A stretch of 5,055 nucleotides of DNA. It comes from an uncultured archaeon (GTDB lineage: Archaea; Iainarchaeota; Iainarchaeia; Iainarchaeales; CSSED10-239). Made by a program: the position numbers and the translations under genes. Position 1 is the stretch's first letter. Every line of letters begins with the position of its first letter. Below the pieces are notes generated by a model, which saw nothing but the letters and a program-made list of their open reading frames with translations, made no database searches and had not been told where the DNA came from. This document shows, in pieces, positions 1 to 5,055 of the stretch. The DNA lies in assembly GCA_964468895.1 (NCBI GenBank), contig CAYXWT010000049.1, positions 1-5,055 of the forward strand. The letters are read 5' to 3'.

Positions 1-384
1 CTAGATTTTAGTAAAATTGCTAAAAAATTTAAAGTAGCTCAAAAAGATATTAAAATTCCTTCGGAGAAAATATTAATTAATAAATTTAAAATTAAACCTG
101 GTTCAGCCCATGTTTTTGCTTCTTTATATAAAATACCAGTTCTAATAGATAAATCATTTACTACTTTAAAAACTGGAATCTTTTCTTCTGGGAGCTTCAG
201 AGAAAGTTTTAAAATAAAATTAAAAGATTATTTGAAAATAGAGAAGTGTGAAATATTTTCTTTTGGAAAAACTAAGAAATTAAAAATCCAGAAACCCAAA
301 CCAAAGAAAAAACAAAAAAAAAGCAAAGGTAAAAAATTTGCTCCTAAGAAAAAAGTAATAAAGAAAAAGAAAACTAAAAAATAA
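1..384 (+). CDS. C-terminal 127 codons of a YbaK/ProX-like aminoacyl-tRNA trans-editing (deacylase) domain protein ending in a poly-lysine tail; the 5' end lies outside the window
   Basis: Frame +1 is open from nt 1 to TAA at 382-384. It is missing from the supplied track because it has no in-window ATG. Hand translation: LDFSKIAKKFKVAQKDIKIPSEKILINKFKIKPGSAHVFASLYKIPVLIDKSFTTLKTGIFSSGSFRESFKIKLKDYLKIEKCEIFSFGKTKKLKIQKPKPKKKQKKSKGKKFAPKKKVIKKKKTKK. The block order (KIAK.., G-x4-F loop, IPVLIDKS, SSGS.., I-x-L..DYL) parallels the C-terminal half of YbaK/EbsC/ProX (PF04073) as I recall it. The canonical GG(V/I)SP(F/L)G loop is replaced by PGSAHVFA, so the family call is tentative. It lies on the same strand as scpA, 8 nt upstream. 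Confidence 0.55.
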   Translation, partial: LDFSKIAKKFKVAQKDIKIPSEKILINKFKIKPGSAHVFASLYKIPVLIDKSFTTLKTGIFSSGSFRESFKIKLKDYLKIEKCEIFSFGKTKKLKIQKPKPKKKQKKSKGKKFAPKKKVIKKKKTKK

Positions 385-392
385 AATCATCC

Positions 393-1106
393 ATGTCCGA
401 TTACCAATTTAAATTAAATGATTTTGAGGGCCCTCTGGAATTACTCTTAACCCTCATTACTAATAGTAAATTAAACATAGATGAAATATCATTAGCTGAA
501 ATAACTGATGAATATTTAGAATACATTGATAATAACGAAAACCTTAGTATAGATGAAATAGCTGATTTTCTAGTAATTGCTGCCAAATTGCTATACATAA
601 AATCAAAACTAATCCTTCCGGAAGCTATGAGCTTTATTGAAAACGAAGATAGTGCAGATTTAGAAAAACAACTGAAGATATATAAAGAATATTATGAGGC
701 TCGTAAAATTATAAAAAAAATTGTTAACCAAGAAAATTTTACTTACTCCCGAACAAACCCCTTAATAAAAATAAAAGCCAGATTTCGTCCTCCCAAAAAA
801 ATAAAAGCTAGTGATTTAAAAGTAAATTTTGAAAAGGTATTAAACTTTGTCAAACCCATTAATGAGGCACCAGACAAAAGAACTATTGATAAAACCATAA
901 ATATTAGAGAAAAAATAAATTATATTAAATCTATAATTAATAAAAGCGGTAATATTAATTTTTCTAGTTTAATAAAAAACAGAGAAAATAAAACAGAAAT
1001 AATTGTCGTCTTTCTAGCTATGTTAGAATTGATAAAACAAAAAGACATTAAAGTAAATCAAGACTATATGTTTGAAAAAATAACTATTAATACAAATAAT
1101 ACTTAA
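393..1106 (+). CDS. scpA: Segregation and condensation protein A (kleisin subunit of the SMC-ScpAB condensin)
   Basis: 237-aa ORF. The N-terminus MSDYQFKLNDFEGPLELLLTLI..NIDEISLAEITDEYLEYI matches the hallmark ScpA motif (F-x-GPL-[DE]-LLL-x-LI ... I-x-x-IT-x-[QE]-Y). The C-terminal winged-helix-like part (EIIVVFLAMLELIKQKDIKVNQ) also fits. ATG 393 is the first ATG after the in-frame stop at 375-377. A recognisable scpB lies downstream. Confidence 0.93.
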   Translation: MSDYQFKLNDFEGPLELLLTLITNSKLNIDEISLAEITDEYLEYIDNNENLSIDEIADFLVIAAKLLYIKSKLILPEAMSFIENEDSADLEKQLKIYKEYYEARKIIKKIVNQENFTYSRTNPLIKIKARFRPPKKIKASDLKVNFEKVLNFVKPINEAPDKRTIDKTINIREKINYIKSIINKSGNINFSSLIKNRENKTEIIVVFLAMLELIKQKDIKVNQDYMFEKITINTNNT

Positions 1107-1110
1107 ATTC

Positions 1111-1270
1111 ACCCTGTTAAATAATTTTAAATCTAATTTATATGTATTATAATTACATTTTGTATATAAATAAGAAAAAAGATTTTATAGGGCATCTAAT
1201 AAATTTAAAATTAAGATTTAACTTGTTGGTTTTTTAAATGAATAATAAGATAAATCTTATTTAACAGGGT
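1111..1270. repeat. Perfect 14-bp inverted repeat pair bracketing the scpA-scpB spacer. Possible long-range RNA stem or terminal inverted repeats of a small inserted element.
   Basis: The left arm ACCCTGTTAAATAA (1111-1124) is the exact reverse complement of the right arm TTATTTAACAGGGT (1257-1270). The arms are 132 nt apart. Each arm carries 4 G/C in a spacer that has only 28 G/C in 171 nt by my count. The left arm starts 4 nt after the scpA stop. The right arm ends 7 nt before the scpB ATG and contains AGGG (1266-1269). Confidence 0.7.
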
Positions 1271-1277
1271 AAAAAAT

Positions 1278-1907
1278 ATGGATATAAAAAATAACAGCTT
1301 GAATAAAAAATTAGTTCATTTGGAAAGCGTTCTATTAATCTCTGATAAAGCTCTTAAAATTAAAGAATTAAGTAAAAAACTAGAAATTAATAAAAAAGAA
1401 ATTAAAGAACTAATCACTTCATTAGAAGAAAAATTCAATCAAGATGATAGTGGTATTCATATACTTATTAACAATGATAAAATTCAATTTACTACTAACC
1501 CAATTTCTGAAGAAATAGTTAAAGAATTTGTAAAAGAGGAATTAAATAGTAATTTAAGTGATGCTTCTATGGAAACTCTAACTATAATTGCTTATAGAGG
1601 ACCAATTACTAAATCTGAGCTAGAACAGATCAGGGGTGTTAATTGTTCTATTATTTTAAAAAATCTTTTAATTAGAAATCTAATAGAAAAATCTTTAGAT
1701 AAAGAAAGAATGACTGAAACATACACTACTAGTCTAGAATTTCTAAAATATCTCGGCCTAAATAAAACGAACGAATTACCAGATTATGAAAAACTACACA
1801 GCAATGAAATTATAGATAAAATATTAAACGAAAACCAATCTGACCTTGATAAAAGTCAGGCCGAGATTGATGAACCTATTGAAAATCAAAAAGAGGAAAC
1901 TATTTAA
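1278..1907 (+). CDS. scpB: Segregation and condensation protein B (SMC-ScpAB condensin subunit)
   Basis: 209-aa ORF. It has two winged-helix regions typical of ScpB: LESVLLISDKALKIKELSKKLEI..EIKELITSLEEKF..SGIHIL and LSDASMETLTIIAYRGPITKSELEQIRGVNCSIILKNLLIRNLIE. The latter matches the conserved LS-x-A-x-LETLAIIAY-x-QPIT-x-x-EIE-x-IRGV block. An acidic C-terminal tail follows. The gene sits downstream of scpA. Confidence 0.93.
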   Translation: MDIKNNSLNKKLVHLESVLLISDKALKIKELSKKLEINKKEIKELITSLEEKFNQDDSGIHILINNDKIQFTTNPISEEIVKEFVKEELNSNLSDASMETLTIIAYRGPITKSELEQIRGVNCSIILKNLLIRNLIEKSLDKERMTETYTTSLEFLKYLGLNKTNELPDYEKLHSNEIIDKILNENQSDLDKSQAEIDEPIENQKEETI

Positions 1908-1931
1908 ACAACAAGATTTTAAACTAATTCC

Positions 1932-2867
1932 ATGTCCTTACTCTCCATAATATCGAATTTATTCTTAATAATTAATATCATAGCAATACCTATTAGTGAT
2001 AATTTTTATGTCCAAGAAAATATAACAGAGGAAGGGATTACTTTTTTTAATGTTCAATCTGAAGATATTAATAAAGAAAATACATACCCTATTAAAAATG
2101 CCAATGATTCTATTGGTGTTAAAGTATCAGCTAAATCGGTCTTAGTTAAAGACATTAATAGTAACAAAACATTATGGTCTAAAAATAGTGATGAAGTTAG
2201 ACCAATCGCTAGCATTACAAAATTAATGACTGCTTTAGTATTATTAGAATCTGAAGATACAGACTGGGAAAAAGAAATAATTATAGATAAAACAGATTTA
2301 AATGGTGACTTTAATAAATTAAATATATATAATTGGGAAAAAATTAAATTTAAAGATTTGTTTATCTCTTCTTTAATTGTTTCTTCCAACACTGGGATAA
2401 ATATATTAATAAAAAATACTGGAGTATCAAAAGAAGATTTTGTCCAAAAGATGAACGATAAGGCTGTTGAAATTGGTCTAAATAAGACTAAATTTGAAGA
2501 TCCAACGGGTCTAGGTGCTAATAATGTTTCTACAGCCAAAGAAGTATTAAAGTTAGCTAAAAAGGCATTTTCTTATCCTAATATTAAAGAAACAACTTCT
2601 AACAAGAACTATTCTTTCCGTACCATAGATACTAATAGATTAGTCTATATAAAAAATACTAATGAACTAATAGGTGGATATTTAAAAATTGAAGCCGGTA
2701 AAACTGGATATACCGAATCTGCTGGATTTTGTTTAGTTTCAGAAGTATCTTATCAAGACAAAGAACCAATTCTAGTTGTGGTACTGGGAAGTGACTCTCA
2801 TTACGAAAGATTTTCAGACTTAAAAACTATAGCTACCTGGACTTTTAATAATTATTCTTGGAAATAA
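1932..2867 (+). CDS. Serine-type D-alanyl-D-alanine carboxypeptidase (peptidase S11, low-molecular-weight PBP) with an N-terminal hydrophobic anchor or signal
   Basis: 311-aa ORF with all three penicilloyl-serine transferase motifs at PBP5-like spacing: S94-I-T-K97 (nt 2211-2222, context RPIASITKLMTA), S151-S-N153 (IVSSNTG) and K257-T-G259 (AGKTGYT). The N-terminus MSLLSIISNLFLIINIIAIPI is hydrophobic. ATG 1932 is the first ATG after the in-frame TAA at 1920-1922. Confidence 0.9.
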   Translation: MSLLSIISNLFLIINIIAIPISDNFYVQENITEEGITFFNVQSEDINKENTYPIKNANDSIGVKVSAKSVLVKDINSNKTLWSKNSDEVRPIASITKLMTALVLLESEDTDWEKEIIIDKTDLNGDFNKLNIYNWEKIKFKDLFISSLIVSSNTGINILIKNTGVSKEDFVQKMNDKAVEIGLNKTKFEDPTGLGANNVSTAKEVLKLAKKAFSYPNIKETTSNKNYSFRTIDTNRLVYIKNTNELIGGYLKIEAGKTGYTESAGFCLVSEVSYQDKEPILVVVLGSDSHYERFSDLKTIATWTFNNYSWK

Positions 2868-2868
2868 T

Positions 2869-3327
2869 ATGCTCGAATTACTAACAATTTTATATTCTGC
2901 CTTGCCAGTTACTGAACTAAGAGCATCAATACCTCTGGCAATCTCCTGGGGCTTAGATCCAATATATGTTTTATTTTTAGCTATAATTGGTAATATAATA
3001 CCAGTATTTATTATAATTTTTGGACTAGATAAAATAACTAGTCTAGCAGAAAAATACTCTCCACCATTGGATAAATTTTTAAATTGGATTTTCAAAAGAA
3101 CTAGACGTAAAACATCAAAACAAATTAAAAAATACGGAAACCTTGCTCTATTTCTCTTTGTTGCTATACCTTTACCAATGACTGGAGCCTGGACTGGATC
3201 CATTGCTGCTTGGTTATTTGGAATTCCTCCTAAAAAAGCAATATTGCCCATAATAATAGGGGTAATAACAGCTGGAATAATAGTTACCCTAATATCTATT
3301 GGTTTATTTTCATATACTGCTATATAA
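2869..3327 (+). CDS. Small integral membrane protein of the 'putative small multidrug export protein' family (PF06695/COG2426); function not experimentally established
   Basis: 152-aa ORF with about 4 hydrophobic segments. Family-typical motifs as I recall them: LPVTELRASIPLAI near the N-terminus, IIGNIIPVF, a basic loop (KRTRRKTSKQIKKYG), then FVAIPLPMTGAWTGSIAAWLFG. The start lies 1 nt after the carboxypeptidase stop (TAAtATG). Confidence 0.85.
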   Translation: MLELLTILYSALPVTELRASIPLAISWGLDPIYVLFLAIIGNIIPVFIIIFGLDKITSLAEKYSPPLDKFLNWIFKRTRRKTSKQIKKYGNLALFLFVAIPLPMTGAWTGSIAAWLFGIPPKKAILPIIIGVITAGIIVTLISIGLFSYTAI

Positions 3328-3365
3328 TACTAATAATGTAAAAAATAATCTTAATTTAATAATAT

Positions 3366-4163
3366 ATGCTATCTAAAAAAATAATCTTAGCTAATTGGAA
3401 AATGCAATTGTCCTACGATGAAACTATCAATTTAGCTAATGAAATAAAGACTAAATTAAAAAATCATAAATTAAAAAATGCAGATATTGCTTTATGCGCT
3501 GACTTTTTAACAATTCCTGAATTATCTAAAATATTAAAAGATACTAATATTGATCTAGGTAGCCAAAATGTATTTTGGAAAGAAAAAGGAGCCTATACCG
3601 GAGAAATATCAATAGATAATTTAAAACATTTTAATGTTAAATTTGTAATGATAGGGCATAGTGAAAGAAGACAAAATCTTTCAGAATCTAATGAAATGGT
3701 TAATAAAAAACTCAAATTAGTTTTAGAAAACGGATTAATTCCTGTTTTATGTGTAGGAGAAAATCTTGAAGAGAGAAGAAAAAACCAGAAAGATATGGTT
3801 TTAATGAAGCAACTTAAATCAGCACTAGCAGGAATTAAAATAAAGGATATTTCAGAGCTAGTAGTTGCTTATGAGCCAATTTGGTCTATTTCTACTACAA
3901 AAGTTAAAGAAAAAATTGATATAACAGAAGTTGAATACACCAATAAATTAATAAAACAAATACTCCTTGATAATTTATTTTTTGAAAATGACAGTATTCA
4001 AATGAAAAAATTTGAGGAGAAAATAAGAATACTTTTTGGTGGTAGTGTAGACGCCTCAAATGTTGCTGATTTTATCAAGCAACCACATGTTCATGGAGTA
4101 TTAGTAGGTGGTGCTAGTTTAAACACTAAAAACTTCATAAATCTAATAAATAATGTAATATAA
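3366..4163 (+). CDS. tpiA: Triosephosphate isomerase
   Basis: 265-aa ORF with canonical TIM catalytic blocks: ILANWKM (Asn10/Lys12), GAYTGE, MIGHSERR (His98), VAYEPIW (Glu170), LFGGSV and LVGGASL (phosphate-binding loops 7 and 8). The loop-6 tip is non-canonical (see findings). Confidence 0.93.
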   Translation: MLSKKIILANWKMQLSYDETINLANEIKTKLKNHKLKNADIALCADFLTIPELSKILKDTNIDLGSQNVFWKEKGAYTGEISIDNLKHFNVKFVMIGHSERRQNLSESNEMVNKKLKLVLENGLIPVLCVGENLEERRKNQKDMVLMKQLKSALAGIKIKDISELVVAYEPIWSISTTKVKEKIDITEVEYTNKLIKQILLDNLFFENDSIQMKKFEEKIRILFGGSVDASNVADFIKQPHVHGVLVGGASLNTKNFINLINNVI

Positions 4164-4164
4164 T

Positions 4165-5049
4165 ATGTTATTAAATATAATTTTAACTCTAATAATAATA
4201 GTCAGTCTTAGTATCATCCTGTCTATTATCTTTAGAAAATTACCTCAATTAAACAGAGTAGATCCTGAAAAAGCTTCTGAATATAAGGAAGAAATAATCA
4301 AAAAAGAAATAATAGAAAAAAAATTAAAAAAAGATTTAGACTCATCTAAACGTAAAATACTACATATAATAAAACCGATTATCTCGACTACTTATACTTA
4401 TTTTAAAAAATTCTATGCCTACATTTATAGTTTAGAAAAAAAATATAGAAAAAAATTAATCAAAACTCATTTTGAAGACAAAATCTCATCAGAAACTCAA
4501 GTTGTAAAACATTTAAAAATGGCAAGAAAATTTATTGAAACAAAAGAATTTATTAAAGCAGAAAATGAATATATAGATGCTCTGAAATTAGATATGCATA
4601 ATTTAGATATATATAAAAAACTAGCAGACTTATATTTTGATAATAAAGATTATGATAAAGCTAAAGAAACTTATGAATATATTATTAAATTAGAGGATGA
4701 CGATTATATCTATAATAGACTTGGGGATATTTTTACCAACAAAGGAGACTTGAATCAAGCTACAACAAACTATAAAAAATCAATTGAATTAAAGGACAAT
4801 AACCCAGTTTATTACTATAATCTAGCTAAAATAAACTTAAAATTGAATCAATTAGAACGAGGGCTTGAAAATGCCAAAAAAGCTTTAAACATAGAACCAG
4901 ACAATCCACGACTACTTGACTTTCTATTAGATTTAAGTATAATTATGGGAGATAAAGAGTTAGCAAACAAGACATTAAATAAACTTATAGAAGTTAATCC
5001 TGATAATAAGAAAATAACTGTGGCACGAGAAAAAATAAATCAAATATAA
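4165..5049 (+). CDS. Membrane-anchored tetratricopeptide (TPR) repeat protein, specific function unknown
   Basis: 294-aa ORF. It has an N-terminal transmembrane helix (MLLNIILTLIIIVSLSIILSIIF) followed by a highly charged Lys/Glu segment. About five tandem ~34-aa TPR-like units span aa ~113-282 (nt ~4501-5010), for example LDIYKKLADLYFDNKDYDKAKETYEYIIKLEDDD, YIYNRLGDIFTNKGDLNQATTNYKKSIELKDNN and PVYYYNLAKINLKLNQLERGLENAKKALNIEPDN. The start lies 1 nt after the tpiA stop. Confidence 0.8.
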   Translation: MLLNIILTLIIIVSLSIILSIIFRKLPQLNRVDPEKASEYKEEIIKKEIIEKKLKKDLDSSKRKILHIIKPIISTTYTYFKKFYAYIYSLEKKYRKKLIKTHFEDKISSETQVVKHLKMARKFIETKEFIKAENEYIDALKLDMHNLDIYKKLADLYFDNKDYDKAKETYEYIIKLEDDDYIYNRLGDIFTNKGDLNQATTNYKKSIELKDNNPVYYYNLAKINLKLNQLERGLENAKKALNIEPDNPRLLDFLLDLSIIMGDKELANKTLNKLIEVNPDNKKITVAREKINQI

Positions 5050-5055
5050 GTTTTT

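Noticed and set aside
401-598. 65-aa antisense ORF inside scpA
   Set aside because: It lies wholly within a confidently identified gene and has no recognisable motifs. It is in the antisense phase (sense codon position 3 plus positions 1-2 of the next codon) where stops arise only at NNY-TAN or NNT-CAN sense dicodons. Long open stretches are therefore a compositional artefact.
1125-1153. Promoter-like elements: perfect TATAAT at 1148-1153 with TTTTAA 17 nt upstream. TTGTAT (1160-1165) and TTGTTG (1224-1229) are also possible -35 boxes.
   Set aside because: In ~16% GC sequence, TATAAT-like and TTG-containing hexamers occur by chance. The -35 matches are poor (3/6) and there is no extended -10 TG. 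This is too weak to annotate as a feature.
1123-1212. Additional inverted repeats in the spacer: AATTTTAAAT (1123-1132) with ATTTAAAATT (1203-1212), and TAAGATTTA (1212-1220) with TAAATCTTA (1251-1259)
   Set aside because: They are composed almost entirely of A/T, with at most one G:C pair (the second pair). Such short matches are expected by chance at this composition and would form very weak helices. Only the G/C-containing 14-bp pair was kept.
1220-1236. T-run (GGTTTTTT, 1228-1235) as a possible intrinsic terminator after scpA
   Set aside because: No G/C-rich stem precedes the T-run. Only a 3-bp AAC/GTT pairing is possible, so it does not meet the hairpin-plus-U-tract criteria.
1142-1237. 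31-codon small ORF (MYYNYILYINKKKDFIGHLINLKLRFNLLVF) in the scpA-scpB spacer
   Set aside because: It has no SD or other initiation signal and no recognisable peptide family. ATG-to-stop runs of this length are unremarkable. It cannot be supported without ribosome profiling or conservation data.
2054-2539. 161-aa antisense ORF inside the DD-carboxypeptidase gene
   Set aside because: It is in the same antisense phase as the other two minus-strand ORFs. That stretch of the sense protein has few Tyr/His/Gln codons, so antisense stops are rare by construction. The product is low-complexity (Ser/Leu/Phe/Ile-rich) with no recognisable family, and the sense gene carries all three catalytic motifs.
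2820-3251. 143-aa antisense ORF overlapping the PF06695 gene and the end of the carboxypeptidase gene
   Set aside because: The same phase artefact applies. The sense ORF has clear family motifs (PLPMTGAWTG) and a coherent membrane topology. The antisense ORF has no start-site signals or homology cues.
1-5055. Alternative genetic code (UGA as Trp or Gly, as in Mycoplasmatota or Gracilibacteria/Absconditabacteria)
   Set aside because: All homology-supported ORFs are full-length under the standard code with no in-frame TGA interruptions. Trp in conserved positions (for example NWKM of TIM) is TGG. All seven stops are TAA.
1-5055. Novel defence system, mobile element, CRISPR array, toxin-antitoxin pair or RNA gene
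   Set aside because: Every sizeable ORF has a plausible housekeeping or envelope assignment. There is no transposase, integrase, nuclease, ATPase or helicase-like ORF and no regularly spaced direct repeats. No G/C-rich segment has tRNA or rRNA character. Claiming such a system would not be supported by the sequence.

Overview
Very AT-rich window, roughly a quarter G+C by eye. It holds seven co-directional (+ strand) protein-coding genes with short junctions, and every stop codon is TAA. Standard code 11 fits: Trp is TGG and the ORFs are not broken by in-frame TGA. Gene order: (1) the 3' end of a YbaK/ProX-like aminoacyl-tRNA editing-domain gene with a poly-lysine tail, open from nt 1 and absent from the ORF track; (2) scpA; (3) scpB; (4) a serine-type D-Ala-D-Ala carboxypeptidase (peptidase S11) with SxxK/SxN/KTG motifs; (5) a small membrane protein of the uncharacterised 'small multidrug export' family (PF06695/COG2426); (6) tpiA; (7) a membrane-anchored TPR-repeat protein. 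This reads as a housekeeping block (chromosome condensation, cell wall, glycolysis) from a streamlined low-GC bacterium. The divergent, Lys/Asn/Ile-rich proteins and near-absence of Shine-Dalgarno motifs are compatible with a Patescibacteria/CPR-like lineage, but the sequence alone cannot settle this. I found no rRNA, tRNA, CRISPR array, transposase, integrase or recognisable defence, toxin or secretion module, and I do not think a novel multi-gene system can honestly be claimed here. The most unusual element is the 171-nt, ~16% GC spacer splitting scpA from scpB. A perfect 14-bp G/C-containing inverted repeat brackets it, and the right arm overlaps the only SD-like motif ahead of scpB. Secondary observations: the poly-Lys appendage on the editing-domain protein, a non-canonical loop-6 tip in the triosephosphate isomerase, two identical TAAtATG coupling junctions, and scpAB-dac synteny reminiscent of Firmicutes.
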